From positions 160,001-224,000 of the forward strand of contig CBDCWG010000012.1 of the NCBI GenBank assembly GCA_965223345.1: a stretch of DNA of 64,000 bases, in the 5' to 3' direction. Position numbers and translations under genes: made by a program. The stretch's first letter is position 1. Every line of letters begins with the position of its first letter. The notes beneath the pieces were generated by a model. It did no database searches, was not told the DNA's origin, and was given only the letters and a program-made list of their open reading frames with translations. This stretch comes from Nitrospinales bacterium. Lineage in GTDB: Bacteria > Nitrospinota > Nitrospinia > Nitrospinales > VA-1. Positions 27,974 through 38,989 of the stretch are shown piece after piece.

Positions 27974-29497
27974 ATGAAAACGGTCGTGCTGGACGGAGAA
28001 TCGCTCAACCTGGACGCCGTGCCCGCGCTCGCGGCGGGCAGCAGGCTGCGCGTGGCGGCGGCTTCCCTGAAAAAGATTGAAAAATCGCGCGCCGTCATCG
28101 ACGCGGCCATCGACGAGCAGAAAAAGGTGTACGGCATCACCACCGGCTTCGGCGCACTGAGCGGCGTGGTCATCTCTCCCGCCGACCGCAAAAAACTGCA
28201 AAAGAACATTCTGATGAGCCACGCCGCCGGTGTCGGCAAGCCGTTTGCCGATGAGATCGTGCGGCTCATCCTGGCGCTGATGATCAACAGCAAGGCCAAG
28301 GGCTACTCGGGCCTGAGCCGCGGCACTCTCGAGTCACTGGTGGCGCTGAGCAACAGCGGCCTCATCCCTCTTGTACCCGAAAAAGGCTCGGTGGGGGCGA
28401 GCGGCGACCTGGCGCCGCTGGCGCATCTGTCTCTGGTTCTTCTGGGCCGCGGCAAAGCGAAACACAACGGGCGCTGGCTCGGCGGCGCGGCGGCGCTCAA
28501 ACGGGCGAAGTTGAAACCGGTGACGCTTCTGGAGGGGGAAGGGCTGGCGCTGATCAACGGCACGCAGGTGATGACCGCGCTGGCGGCCTGGACGCTGCAC
28601 CACGCTCTTATCCTGCAATCGATTGCAGACGTCGCGGCGGCGATGAGCCTGGAGGTGCTGCTGGGGTCGAACACGCAGTTTCATGAAAAGATCCACCGCA
28701 TCCGCCCGCACAAGGGGCAGGTCGAATCGGCGGCGAACCTGCGCCGCATCTGCGCGGGCAGCGAGATCATCTCCTCGCACAAAGACTGCGGCCGCGTGCA
28801 GGACGCCTACTCGCTGCGCTGCTCGCCGCAGGTGCACGGGGCGAGCCGCGATGCGGTGCGCTTCGTGCGCGGCGTCGTGGAGGTGGAGATGAACGCGGCG
28901 ACGGAAAACCCGCTGGTGTTTCCGGACGGCCAAATTCTTTCCGGCGGCAATTTCCACGGCGAACCGGTGGCGCAGGCCTGCGATCATCTGGCGGTGGGGC
29001 TGTGCGAATTCGGAAGCATCGCGGAACGCCGCATCGAGCGCATGGTCAACCCCACCCTGAGCGGCCTGCCCTCTTTTCTCATCGAAAGCGAGGGCCTCAA
29101 CTCCGGCTTCATGATCGCGCAATACACGGCCGCGGCGCTGGTCTCGGAAAACAAGGTCCTCGCGCATCCGGCTTCGGTGGATTCGATCCCCACCTCCGCC
29201 AACAAGGAAGACCACGTCAGCATGGGCACGATCGCCGCGCGCCAGGCGAGCGACATCGCCCACAACCTGAAGCACGTGCTGGCCATCGAGCTGTTGTGCG
29301 GCGCGCAGGCGCTGGATGTGTTCACCAACCTGAAACCGGGAAAGGGCACGCTGGCGGCGTACCGGGTGCTGCGCCAGCACGTGCGGCACATGGACAAAGA
29401 CCGGGAGCTGGCGCCGGACATCGAAACGGTGGCAGGGCTGATCGAAAGCGGCGCGCTGATCGATGCGGTGGAAAAGGCGGCGGGCCCGTTGTCATGA
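27974..29497 (+). CDS. hutH: Histidine ammonia-lyase
   Basis: YGITTGFG, MSHAAG, GASGDLAPL (MIO), QDAYSLRC, GGNFHG, NKEDHVSMG. Confidence 0.92.
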   Translation: MKTVVLDGESLNLDAVPALAAGSRLRVAAASLKKIEKSRAVIDAAIDEQKKVYGITTGFGALSGVVISPADRKKLQKNILMSHAAGVGKPFADEIVRLILALMINSKAKGYSGLSRGTLESLVALSNSGLIPLVPEKGSVGASGDLAPLAHLSLVLLGRGKAKHNGRWLGGAAALKRAKLKPVTLLEGEGLALINGTQVMTALAAWTLHHALILQSIADVAAAMSLEVLLGSNTQFHEKIHRIRPHKGQVESAANLRRICAGSEIISSHKDCGRVQDAYSLRCSPQVHGASRDAVRFVRGVVEVEMNAATENPLVFPDGQILSGGNFHGEPVAQACDHLAVGLCEFGSIAERRIERMVNPTLSGLPSFLIESEGLNSGFMIAQYTAAALVSENKVLAHPASVDSIPTSANKEDHVSMGTIAARQASDIAHNLKHVLAIELLCGAQALDVFTNLKPGKGTLAAYRVLRQHVRHMDKDRELAPDIETVAGLIESGALIDAVEKAAGPLS

Positions 29498-30615
29498 CCG
29501 CGATCCCGGCCACCTTCGTGAAAGCGACGCCGCGGCTGCCGCTGCTCACCGAAACCGGCAAGGCCTGCCTGGGGCTCGCGCATTCCAAATCGCCCGAGCT
29601 GGCGCAGCGGACGCGGGCGATCCTCGACCGGCTGGACGCACTCATCGGCTTTCCCGAAACGGTCGAGGGCGCGCAGAACCAAACCTGCTTCAACCAAATG
29701 GTGCGCGCGGCGTACCCGGAGCTTGCGCTCGATCTTGCGGATCTCATCTACGTGCAGCACGAGCGGCCGGCGGTGTACCTGAACTTCGATCACATCAACA
29801 TCAACCTGCGCCGCGACGCGCCGCCGCAGAACGAGCCGCTGGACATCCTCAACAAACGCATGCAGTCTCTGTTTCTGGAATTGACGCGCACACTGCGCAG
29901 CGATGCGGCTTTGGCGGAGGATGCGGAGCTGGTGCGCCTGCTGAGCGAAAGCTACAGCATCTACCTGCACCGGACCGGCAACTTTCCCTGGGACGATCCG
30001 CTGCCGGATCTGTCGCCGGTGCCGGACGCGCCGGTTCTGGATGTGGCCACCGGGTTGTCGGGATTCTCGCTCATCCACCTCTGGCCGGACAGCCATCCCA
30101 GGCTGATCCTCACCGACTCGATGGCGTTCGTCGTGCAGGCGCTCACGCATTACCGCGATCTTTCCGGCAAGGCCAATGTGGAAATCCTGCAGGTCGAGTT
30201 CGGCCGCGAAGACCCGCCGGTTTCCGGGCTGGGCTGCATCCTCGCCAACAAGTTTCTGCACCACCTTAAGCGGCCCGAGCGCCAGCACTTTCTCGCATGG
30301 GCGTTTGCCAGCCTGAATCCGGGGGCGACGCTGCGCATTCTCGATACGGACCTGGAGCACCACATCCTGAAAAAATCCCGCGAACCCGCCTTCCAGAACA
30401 AACTGATCGCGGGGTATCTGGAAACGCTGGTGGCGATCGAGGCGGACTTCTGCAAGACACTGGTGCTCGACACGCAGAGCGCGGGGTTTTCGGTGCCGCA
30501 TTTCGATTTCAATCAATACGAAGACGAAACCGACGCCTACAGCCAGCTGCCGGGAGAGAACGTGTGCATCCAGTTTCTGGGATTCGAGATCGAGGCGAAA
30601 AAACCCGCCGCTTGA
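29494..30615 (+). CDS. Putative class I SAM-dependent methyltransferase with N-terminal extension
   Basis: VLDVATGLSG motif I, ANKFLHHL, SLNPGA; ATGA overlap with the hutH stop. Confidence 0.65.
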   Translation: MTAIPATFVKATPRLPLLTETGKACLGLAHSKSPELAQRTRAILDRLDALIGFPETVEGAQNQTCFNQMVRAAYPELALDLADLIYVQHERPAVYLNFDHININLRRDAPPQNEPLDILNKRMQSLFLELTRTLRSDAALAEDAELVRLLSESYSIYLHRTGNFPWDDPLPDLSPVPDAPVLDVATGLSGFSLIHLWPDSHPRLILTDSMAFVVQALTHYRDLSGKANVEILQVEFGREDPPVSGLGCILANKFLHHLKRPERQHFLAWAFASLNPGATLRILDTDLEHHILKKSREPAFQNKLIAGYLETLVAIEADFCKTLVLDTQSAGFSVPHFDFNQYEDETDAYSQLPGENVCIQFLGFEIEAKKPAA

Positions 30616-30616
30616 T

Positions 30617-31006
30617 TCAGCGCGGCTTGGCCGCAGACGGAGCGGTTTTGAGGTGACGGCGGATGGCTTTCCAGTCCGCATCGGCGGCGCGCACCGCCGC
30701 CGCTTCCATCGCGCGGTAGCGGCGCGCCATGCGTTCGCCCAAAGGTGTGAGGCGCGCGCCGCCGCCGCCTTTGCCGCCGGCGGCGCCTTCGACGAGGGGG
30801 CTCTTGAAGCAGCGGTTCATGGTGTCCACCATGTCCCAGGCGCGTTTGTAGCTCATCTGGATGTCGCGCGCGGCTTTCGAGATCGACCCGTTGCGCTCGA
30901 TGGCTTCGAGCAGGTCGATCTTTCCGGGGCCCAGGGCGATCTCGTCTCCGGCCAGGATGCGGATCCGGGGCTTGAAGGCGGGCGTTTTGTTTCGGCTTTT
31001 CGGCAT
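30617..31006 (-). CDS. ModE-family winged-helix protein (N-terminal domain only)
   Basis: ALGPGKIDLLEAI..GSISKAAR..MSYKRAW, GGKGGGGARLT. Confidence 0.88.
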   Translation of the reverse strand: MPKSRNKTPAFKPRIRILAGDEIALGPGKIDLLEAIERNGSISKAARDIQMSYKRAWDMVDTMNRCFKSPLVEGAAGGKGGGGARLTPLGERMARRYRAMEAAAVRAADADWKAIRRHLKTAPSAAKPR

Positions 31007-31023
31007 GGACGCACCGCGAGGGG

Positions 31024-31872
31024 TCAACGGTTCACCCGCACGATCCCCAGTACATTGGGAACGGGCCAGGACAGGCGGTTGTCGTCGCTCTCGTAGGAAC
31101 CGGAAGAGTAGCTGCCGACAAACTCGTATTCTTTGCTTCCGGACTGGATAAAGAGCTGGGCGTCCTTGCCGCCCTCGACGTACATGGCGCGCTCGAGATC
31201 GATCGGCAGGCGCAGCAGGATATTGATGAGGTCGTGCGTCGAGTAGGGGGAGCGGGAGTGGATGAACAAAAACCGCCCTTTCGCATCGCTGCCGATGGCG
31301 GCGGTGCTCCAGATCCGCTCCTGCGGCGCCCACACGTTCTTGCCGTGGCACGACAGCATGCGGATGCTCTGGACGAGAGAGCGGTACTGTTTGCGCACGC
31401 GGTCGAAATCCTCGCAATCGCGGTCGTAGATGCGCGCCACGGGCAGCGCCCGGTCTTTGGGATCGAAGGCGAGCATGGTCTTGTCCTTGGACAGCCAGGA
31501 ACTGTTGACATGCCCGCCGGTGCGCATGTAGGACACGCTGGTTTTGTTGTCCTTCTGGTACATGCTGGCGTTGATGCCGGCGACCAGGTTGTGGCTTTTC
31601 ACCCATTCGCGCACGGATTTGCGGGTGGCCGGCTTTTCGGCGCTGGCGTTCAGCAGGCGAAACTGAAAGTGGCGGGTGTCGATCCGGAGAATGCGGATGG
31701 TGGAGTCGCCGACCGGGGATTTCTGCGGCGACCGGAAGGTTCCCAGTTCCAGCCCGGGTTCCAGCAGCCGCCAGGCTTTTGCGGACGGGGCGCCGCCGCT
31801 CAAACCCAGGCAAACGGTGAGAAGCGCGAGCGACAGAAATCCGAAGCTGATGGGGGATGCGGTCTGGGTCAA
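31024..31872 (-). CDS. Phosphodiester glycosidase (NAGPA) family exported protein
   Basis: Signal peptide, GINASMY, TAAIG, AMYVEGG, PVPNVLGI. Confidence 0.65.
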   Translation of the reverse strand: MTQTASPISFGFLSLALLTVCLGLSGGAPSAKAWRLLEPGLELGTFRSPQKSPVGDSTIRILRIDTRHFQFRLLNASAEKPATRKSVREWVKSHNLVAGINASMYQKDNKTSVSYMRTGGHVNSSWLSKDKTMLAFDPKDRALPVARIYDRDCEDFDRVRKQYRSLVQSIRMLSCHGKNVWAPQERIWSTAAIGSDAKGRFLFIHSRSPYSTHDLINILLRLPIDLERAMYVEGGKDAQLFIQSGSKEYEFVGSYSSGSYESDDNRLSWPVPNVLGIVRVNR

Positions 31873-32456
31873 GGAGCGTCCTTTATGAAATCAGGGATTT
31901 TTTCTCAACCGCGCGTTTTTTGGCTTTCTTCTCATTCCGCGCCTACCCGGATGAAGGGGAAACCCTGCGGGCAAGCGAACAGGCGTGACCGCCTATGTCT
32001 CTGAAATGTATGTCAAAACTATCATTTCTTCCGATTCATTTCAACAATCAAACCGGGGTTTCTGCACACCCGCAATGGAAAAAATAAATTTTGGTCCGTT
32101 GAAGCGCATTCTGCCCGCGATGCGAAAACAGCCGGCACCGGCCAGGGTGACGGTTCTTAAAACCGGTACGCCGCCGCTGCGGCAACGGCCTGAAATCAAT
32201 CGCATTATTTTTGCCAGTTTGGGCACTTAAAAGGAAATGATTGTTTTTTCGAGCGTCGCGTGACTTTTTTTTCCCGCACGCATTGATTTTGCCTGCGTTT
32301 TGTTCCATAATACCGGCGGCTGTGAATCCGAAATAAATGATTTAAAACAAACGATTTCATCCTTGCCAAGTCAAGGAGCCCGCATCGGAAACGACGCATT
32401 CCGATACGGGGCGCAAAAGCGAAGGACTCGGGTATCTTTTTAAAAAAGGAGTGGTT

Positions 32457-32651
32457 ATGAAAAAGTCAGCGCAATTGTTTATTTTGATGACGGTTCTCTT
32501 TTCGTTTGGATGTGCCCAGATGCAGGGAGGCACGGCGTCGCCCTCGAGTGGCGGATCGAGTGCTTCCACATCCCAAAAATCCGGCGGCAAGCAATTGACC
32601 AAGGAAGACCTGAAGCGCATGGGAATCAACGAAACTGCCGGCAGCAATTGA
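32457..32651 (+). CDS. Small lipoprotein
   Basis: AAGGAG RBS, lipobox FSFGC, Ser/Gly-rich linker; upstream TTGATT-N17-CATAAT at 32283-32311. Confidence 0.75.
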   Translation: MKKSAQLFILMTVLFSFGCAQMQGGTASPSSGGSSASTSQKSGGKQLTKEDLKRMGINETAGSN

Positions 32652-32904
32652 CGGCAAGGCGTTCGCCCCGGCCTTGAAACGGGCCGGCTTGGCGAGGACT
32701 TTCGGGTTCACGTGCCCACGGCAGGCCTCCTCCGGTTTGAATTCATAAGTTATTGATCCTAAATCTGGTTTTTCGTTGCTCGATGGGGCCTGGGTGGCAA
32801 ATTTCCCGGATGCATGGGCCGATCCACATCGGAAACCATCCCATCTTCCGGACCTCGTTCGCGTCTGATCCCCCCTGCAGGATTCTGTATCCGAACCCCG
32901 CTTC

Positions 32905-32943
32905 AAACAAAATCCATCCCTGTTTTAGGGATGGATTTTGTTT
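32905..32943. terminator. 17-bp perfect inverted repeat (terminator-like or operator)
   Basis: AAACAAAATCCATCCCT-gtttt-AGGGATGGATTTTGTTT followed by TTT. Confidence 0.55.
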
Positions 32944-33005
32944 TTTCCGCCTTATAAAATGAACCCTTTTGGCCAACTCTGCGAAACGGACATCGATCGA
33001 AACAC

Positions 33006-33932
33006 ATGAATGGGCTCCCGCTGACCTCCGGTCCGGTATTTTCCGACGACAAACTGATCAATCTGTTCTACCTGAACGAGCTGTACGGCAACCTCGCCCG
33101 GCAGGTTTCGGGCCGGTTGTCTGAGGCGCATCCGTTCGAGGTCCCCATCACCTCGGGCATCTGGGGCGGCACCTATCTCATCGCCGATCCCAGGGGCAAA
33201 TCCCGGCGCAGGATCTGGCGTCTCTACTGCATCGCCAACCTCCCGCAAAACAGCGCCCTGGATCAGCGCGACAACCTCGAACGCATGGTGAGTTACTACT
33301 GTGACGGGTTCGCCGCCGCCTTCGAGCCGTACGGCCTGAAACTCAGTCTGAAAATGTGGGGCGGCCGGCTGCCCTACAGCTGCAGCGAAAAACCCAGCAT
33401 CACCATGCATATGGAGGACGCCAGCGATACCGTGCGCTGGCTGCGGGTGTTTTTCGTCTGGAACCACGTGCCCTGGGAACAGTCCATCATCTACGACACG
33501 GTGCGCATTCTGAAAGAGTACAAGGAATTCTTCGACCTGGACAAAGGGCCGGTGCTGAAACCGCCGCAGGATCTGAAATACCTGCTGCAAGATATCATCA
33601 TCATTTACCGGACGCTGGAACAAGCCTGCTCGGAGGATTTCCGGGAACACGCCGATCCCATCATCGAGGATCTGATGCGCCATTTCATGGAGGGGCTGCA
33701 CGATCCGGCGACCATTCAGGATCTGTATATCAAGGTGTTTAAAAACGCCCTGATCTACGGCTACGAGGAGGCCCTTTCCGGCCCGTTTTCCGAAGACGGG
33801 CTGGACATCCGCCGGATCGAAGAATGGCCGATCGAAAAAATCAACTGGGTTCCGGAAGCGTTGCGGGAAAAACTCATCCCTCCCATCCAGCAACGGTTCG
33901 CGGGATTCAAAAGCCAACTCGACAACGCCTAA
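33006..33932 (+). CDS. Hypothetical protein
   Basis: 308-aa ORF with host-like codon use; no family recognised. Confidence 0.8.
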   Translation: MNGLPLTSGPVFSDDKLINLFYLNELYGNLARQVSGRLSEAHPFEVPITSGIWGGTYLIADPRGKSRRRIWRLYCIANLPQNSALDQRDNLERMVSYYCDGFAAAFEPYGLKLSLKMWGGRLPYSCSEKPSITMHMEDASDTVRWLRVFFVWNHVPWEQSIIYDTVRILKEYKEFFDLDKGPVLKPPQDLKYLLQDIIIIYRTLEQACSEDFREHADPIIEDLMRHFMEGLHDPATIQDLYIKVFKNALIYGYEEALSGPFSEDGLDIRRIEEWPIEKINWVPEALREKLIPPIQQRFAGFKSQLDNA

Positions 33933-33958
33933 GGGTTTTGTCCGCCCTCCCCCATCGC

Positions 33959-34489
33959 ATGAAGACCGCAATTCTGTTCAGCCTGTGCGCCGTGCTTTTC
34001 TCCGCTGACATTGGGTTCGCCGAGGACATTCCGGTGCAAAGCCGCAACGGCAAAACGCTGACCCTCAAAGACATCCGCGGCGGCTATTTTCAGACGGTGT
34101 CGCCGCGCAAAAGGAAAAAGATCGGCGCGGATTCCGCCGGCAATCCGATTTTCAAGAGCGACGCGCAGTCCTACAATTTTTTTCGCACCGATTCGATTCC
34201 GCTGCGCATCGGCGATCTGTTCGGCTTTCAATTCATCCTGCCGCCCATGGAAGAAGGGGACTTCATCGAGCTGGAAGGGATCATGCAGTTTCCCGCTGCG
34301 GTGACGGTGGCGGGCAGATCGCTCAGCAGCACGCAATGGAAAACCCGCTACGCCCCACAGCAGGGTCGCGTGATCAACGCCTGGGAATTCCGCGAGGCAA
34401 CGCCCGCCTACCACCTGAAAGGCCGGTGGATCTTCAGCCTCTACAACCGCGGACGGCTGGTGGTCTCGCAGCCTTTTTTCGTCAAATGA
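33959..34489 (+). CDS. Exported hypothetical protein, DUF3859-like
   Basis: Signal peptide; TDSIPLRIGDLFGFQF...GRWIFSLY...LVVSQPFFV. Confidence 0.6.
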   Translation: MKTAILFSLCAVLFSADIGFAEDIPVQSRNGKTLTLKDIRGGYFQTVSPRKRKKIGADSAGNPIFKSDAQSYNFFRTDSIPLRIGDLFGFQFILPPMEEGDFIELEGIMQFPAAVTVAGRSLSSTQWKTRYAPQQGRVINAWEFREATPAYHLKGRWIFSLYNRGRLVVSQPFFVK

Positions 34490-34510
34490 AGAAACGGCGA
34501 GTGAAAGCGT

Positions 34511-35218
34511 TCAGGATGAGGGCGAGTCCAAAAGGGAAACCATGTGCGCGAGGCTGTCGAGGATGAGATCGGCTTTGGAAAAATCGATGTGCGCGTTGAG
34601 GCGGTTGCGGATGATGATGCAGCGCATGCCCGCCTCCGACGCAGCCTCAAGGCCCTTCAGTGCGTCTTCGAGCACCAGGCAGGATGCGGGCGGGCACTGA
34701 AGGGTTTCGGCGGCTTTTTGAAAAATGTCCGGATGCGGTTTTTCGCGCGGCGCGGATTCCTTGCCCAGAATGGCGGGGAAGTGTTGCAGCGCACCGGCGT
34801 TTTTGAGGATGGCGCGGATGTCGTGGCCCCAGGAGCCCGAGGCGATGGCCAGTTTGTGACGCGCGCCCAGCGCCTTGACCAGCGGCAGGGATTCGGGAAA
34901 CAGGCGGATCGACCCACCCTGGCAGTAGCGCGAATACGCCTCGAATTTCTGACGCCGCAACTCGGCGGGCTCGACCGCCAGCTTGAGGTCGTGCCGTTCG
35001 ATTTCGCCGGCGATGCCCTTGCCTTTGGACGTCCACTCCACCCAGTATTCATCCGGATCGAGGCTGTGCCCGTAGCGTTCGAACACCTCGTTGTAGGCCT
35101 TGTAGTGATACGGTTCGGAATCCGCCAGCAGGCCGTCGAAATCCAGCAGAACGGCTTCGCTGTTTGCGAGCAGGGCTTTCAGTTTGCCGGCGGGAGAGGC
35201 GCTGTCGGTGGCGGTCAT
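34511..35218 (-). CDS. HAD-family phosphatase (beta-PGM/CbbY-like)
   Basis: DFDGLLADSE, KPHPDIF, LEDALKG. Confidence 0.9.
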   Translation of the reverse strand: MTATDSASPAGKLKALLANSEAVLLDFDGLLADSEPYHYKAYNEVFERYGHSLDPDEYWVEWTSKGKGIAGEIERHDLKLAVEPAELRRQKFEAYSRYCQGGSIRLFPESLPLVKALGARHKLAIASGSWGHDIRAILKNAGALQHFPAILGKESAPREKPHPDIFQKAAETLQCPPASCLVLEDALKGLEAASEAGMRCIIIRNRLNAHIDFSKADLILDSLAHMVSLLDSPSS

Positions 35219-35234
35219 GGGGCGTGGCTGGATG

Positions 35235-35912
35235 TTATTCGAGGACCTGCCCGAAACGGTCGAAGCGCACCCAGCTATCGTTAGAGTTCCAGGACCAGTA
35301 AATCATCAGGGCCTTGCCTTTGATCAGGTTGAAATCGAGAAAACCCCAGGCGCGGCTGTCCTGCGAGTTTTCGCGGTTGTCGCCCATGACGAACAGGTGC
35401 CCTTCCGGGACGACAAGCGGGCCCAGATTGTCGCGGGTGCTGTCGGGATCGGAACTCGGCAGCTCGCTGTGAAAGGCGTGCGGGTCTTCGTAGGGCTCGT
35501 TGTTGATGTACACCTTCTGGCTCTTGATCTGCAGCGTGTCCCCCGGCAGGCCGACGACGCGTTTGATAAAATCGCGCGTTTCGTCTTTGGGAAATTTGAA
35601 AACGATGATGTCGCCGCGTTCGGGCAATTCGTCGAACAGGATGATGTCGCGGAACAGCTTGACGTTGACGAAGGGGATTTCGTTGGGGATGTGGATGCCG
35701 TAGGCGAATTTCGAGACCAGGATGTGGTCGCCGATCAGCAGCGTGGGTTTCATCGAACCGGAAGGGATCTTGAAAGCCTGCAGGATGAAGGTGCGGATGA
35801 ACAGGGCCAAAAGCAGGGCGATGAGGATCGCCTCCGTATATTCCCGAAAAACGCTTTTGGTTTTTTTCTCGGCGACCGGTTCCGAGGCCGTGTCCAGTTC
35901 CTTATTTTCCAT
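35235..35912 (-). CDS. lepB: Signal peptidase I
   Basis: [32 protein letters not shown]. Confidence 0.96.
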   Translation of the reverse strand: MENKELDTASEPVAEKKTKSVFREYTEAILIALLLALFIRTFILQAFKIPSGSMKPTLLIGDHILVSKFAYGIHIPNEIPFVNVKLFRDIILFDELPERGDIIVFKFPKDETRDFIKRVVGLPGDTLQIKSQKVYINNEPYEDPHAFHSELPSSDPDSTRDNLGPLVVPEGHLFVMGDNRENSQDSRAWGFLDFNLIKGKALMIYWSWNSNDSWVRFDRFGQVLE

Positions 35913-37707
35913 CGGTCCTCAACACAGCCAAAAAAGCCTCCTGCGGGATTTCCACATTGCCCACCTGTTTCATCTTTTTCTTTCCCGCTTTCTGTTTTTC
36001 AAGCAGTTTGCGTTTACGGGTGATGTCGCCGCCGTAACATTTGGCGAGAACGTTCTTCCTCAGGGCCTTGATGTTTTCCCGGGCGATGACCTTGCTTCCG
36101 ACAGCGGCCTGGATGGCGACCTCGTACATCTGGCGGGGAATTTGTTCCTTGAGCTTTTTGGCCAGATCCCGTCCCTGGTAATACACTTTGTCCTTATGGG
36201 CGATCAGGGAAAGGGCGTCCACCAGCTCCCCATTCAGCAGTATGTCCAACTTTACCAGATTTGAAGCTCTAAAATCTATAAATTCATAGTCGAACGACGC
36301 GTAGCCCTTGGTGGACGATTTCAACCGGTCGTAAAAATCCAGCACGATTTCGTTGAACGGCAGCTCGTACTGCAACAGCACCGTTTTGGGATTGAGAAAT
36401 TCCATCTTGGTCTGGTGACCGCGCCGCTCGCGCGTGAGCGTCATGATGGTGCCGATGAACTCCTCGGGCGTGATGATGGTTCCCGAGACGTACGGCTCTT
36501 CCAGCTGCGCGACGTTTTTGATGTCTTTGAGCTTGGCCGGGTTGTCGATGTCGATGGTCTGCCCGTCGGTGGTGATCACTTTGTAGACGACGGTGGGGGC
36601 GGTGGTCAGGATATCGACGCCGTACTCCCGCTCCAGCCGTTCGCGCACGATCTCCATGTGCAAAAGCCCGAGAAACCCGCAGCGGAACCCGAAGCCCAGC
36701 GCGGTGGAGGATTCGGCCTCGTAGGTCACCGACGCGTCGTTGAGGGTCAGTTTCTTGAGCGAATCGCGCAGCATTTCGTACTGGTCGCCGCTGATGGGAT
36801 ACAGGCCGCTGAACACCATCGGCTTGACTTCCTTGTAGCCGGGCAAAGGTTCCGCGGTCGGCGCGTTCACGTGAGTGACGGTGTCGCCGATCTTGGTCTG
36901 ATCGAGCTGCTTGATGTTGGCGATCATGTAGCCGACCTCACCGGCCTCCAGCCGGTCCAGCTTGCGCGGCGCGGGTTCGAACACGCCGAGTTCCTCGACC
37001 GTGAACTTGCCACCGGCGGCCATCAACAGCACGTCCTCTCCCACCTTGAGGGTGCCTTCGCGTACCTTGACCAGAACGATCACGCCGCGATACGGATCGT
37101 ACCAGGCGTCGAACAACAGCGCGCGCAGGGGTTTCGCCGCATCGCCCACCGGGTGCGGGATGCGCTCGACGATGGCCTGCATCAGTTCCTGGATGCCGAT
37201 GCCTTCCTTGGCGCTCACCAGAATCGCCTCTTCGGCCTCGATCTGCAGCACGTCCTCCAGCTGCTCCTTCACGTTGTCCGGATCGGCACTGGGCAGATCG
37301 ATCTTGTTGATGACCGGGATGATGGTGAGATGGTGCTGCATGGCGAGGTTGAGGTTGGCGATGGTCTGCGCCTGAATCCCCTGGGTGGCGTCCACCACAA
37401 GCAGCACGCCTTCGCAGGCGGCGAGGCTGCGCGACACCTCGTAGGTGAAATCGACATGACCGGGCGTGTCGATCATGTTGAACACGTGCTCGGTTCCGTC
37501 TTCGCCCTTGTGCGTGAGGCACACGGTCTGCGCCTTGATGGTGATGCCGCGCTCGCGTTCCAGATCCATGTTGTCCAGCACCTGGTCCTTCATCTCGCGC
37601 TGCTGCAGCGCGCCGGTGGCGAGGATCAGCTTGTCGGCCAGCGTGGATTTGCCGTGGTCGATGTGGGCGATGATGGAAAAATTGCGGAGTCTGTCTTGTT
37701 GCATCAA
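35902..37707 (-). CDS. lepA: Elongation factor 4
   Basis: [41 protein letters not shown]. Confidence 0.98.
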   Translation of the reverse strand: MMQQDRLRNFSIIAHIDHGKSTLADKLILATGALQQREMKDQVLDNMDLERERGITIKAQTVCLTHKGEDGTEHVFNMIDTPGHVDFTYEVSRSLAACEGVLLVVDATQGIQAQTIANLNLAMQHHLTIIPVINKIDLPSADPDNVKEQLEDVLQIEAEEAILVSAKEGIGIQELMQAIVERIPHPVGDAAKPLRALLFDAWYDPYRGVIVLVKVREGTLKVGEDVLLMAAGGKFTVEELGVFEPAPRKLDRLEAGEVGYMIANIKQLDQTKIGDTVTHVNAPTAEPLPGYKEVKPMVFSGLYPISGDQYEMLRDSLKKLTLNDASVTYEAESSTALGFGFRCGFLGLLHMEIVRERLEREYGVDILTTAPTVVYKVITTDGQTIDIDNPAKLKDIKNVAQLEEPYVSGTIITPEEFIGTIMTLTRERRGHQTKMEFLNPKTVLLQYELPFNEIVLDFYDRLKSSTKGYASFDYEFIDFRASNLVKLDILLNGELVDALSLIAHKDKVYYQGRDLAKKLKEQIPRQMYEVAIQAAVGSKVIARENIKALRKNVLAKCYGGDITRKRKLLEKQKAGKKKMKQVGNVEIPQEAFLAVLRTDGK

Positions 37708-37832
37708 GTGGCTTTCAATTTAGAGTGACGTCGTTTTCGATTTTCTTGAGCGCGGATGCGGCCGCTTTGTGTGCCGGCGGAACGGTTTCTGTTTTTTCCG
37801 AGGCAATTTGCGAGAAGCCCTCTTCCCGGGAT

Positions 37833-38828
37833 TCACCGGGATAAAGGGAGAGGGGAGTTTTCCGGATGGCTCAAAAATTCCCGCCATTCGTCGAAACGGA
37901 CTTTCATGGCTTCGTAATCCCGGTCGTTGTCGATATCCAGGGCGGCGCCCGGGAACGGCACCTCCAGCCCCATGAAGCGCGTTTTCATGATGGTCGAAAT
38001 GCTGCGCTCGAGATCTTTTTTCGGCGTCATCCGGCGGAACAGCCGCACCAGCGACTCCATGCCCAGACTGGCGAAAAACAGGCACAGCTGCAGGCCGACG
38101 TAATATTGGTAGTGCTTGATCTTGTCTTTCCCGAACAGGGACAACCCGAACAGGATGAGGTTTTTGAAATTTCTCTGATACCGGTACTGGTACATCTTCT
38201 GGATGTACTGCCGGTTGGCGATGCGCACGGGTTTGACCAGATGCAGGTTGTTGATGCGGAAACTGTTCTCCTTCAAATGCAGGTACGCCATCTTGATGCC
38301 GGGCTTGCCGTCTCTGGGGTAAAACGGCTCCAGGTTTTGCCGGGAGGTCAGCCCGAGAATGTGATCGTAGTTGTCGATGTCGCAGTGGGTGATGAAATGC
38401 TCGACTTCGTGCGCGGTCAACAGCGGCGAGTCGCAGGGAACGATCAACACGGCCTTGTCGCCGTATTGCGAGTTTTCCATCTCATCGGCGGCGATCTGTT
38501 CGGGAATGGTCTGCAAAAACGTGTGCCAGATGTTTTCGTACAGGTTGCTTTTCTGCTCCACCAGGTGAATGGGCTTGGGGAACTTCAGATCGGTCTTCTC
38601 TTCAGCAAGCGCTTCCCGCAAACGGTCCACCGAGCCGACGATGTAGATTTCACCGATCGAGCGCACCTGCTGCAGGGCGGACAGGACATGGCAGATGATA
38701 CTCTTGCCATCCAGTTTGAGAAAGGCCTTGTGTTGATGGTAGACCTTGTAACTGGACTCTCCCTGTCCGGCGACGAGGATCGCATCGAATTTTTTCGGGG
38801 TGCGAATCAAATTCATAACAGTTTCCAA
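37833..38828 (-). CDS. MobA-like nucleotidyltransferase family protein
   Basis: AILVAG...HKAFLKL, PCDSPLL, LDIDN. Confidence 0.7.
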   Translation of the reverse strand: METVMNLIRTPKKFDAILVAGQGESSYKVYHQHKAFLKLDGKSIICHVLSALQQVRSIGEIYIVGSVDRLREALAEEKTDLKFPKPIHLVEQKSNLYENIWHTFLQTIPEQIAADEMENSQYGDKAVLIVPCDSPLLTAHEVEHFITHCDIDNYDHILGLTSRQNLEPFYPRDGKPGIKMAYLHLKENSFRINNLHLVKPVRIANRQYIQKMYQYRYQRNFKNLILFGLSLFGKDKIKHYQYYVGLQLCLFFASLGMESLVRLFRRMTPKKDLERSISTIMKTRFMGLEVPFPGAALDIDNDRDYEAMKVRFDEWREFLSHPENSPLPLSR

Positions 38829-38989
38829 TGGACACTCTCTGACCGGCGCGGACGCTTCCTGATCGTAATATACGGCGCGCTCCGCCCGGGTTCCACTTTT
38901 ACAGTATCCGGTTTTCCCTCTTGAACTTAACGGGGAATTTCGCTATACCCAATTTCAACTTAATCCTCAGGATAGCAGATTCCCCGATC

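Noticed and set aside
29002..31813. Long ORFs 29002-30615 and 30617-31813 as fusion proteins
   Set aside because: The N-terminal extensions are off-frame overlaps of hutH and the NAGPA-family gene; better starts are 29494 and 31006
38830..38989. Glycine riboswitch upstream of gcvT
   Set aside because: No GGAGA...CCGAAG...CUCUCAGG aptamer pattern on the plus strand
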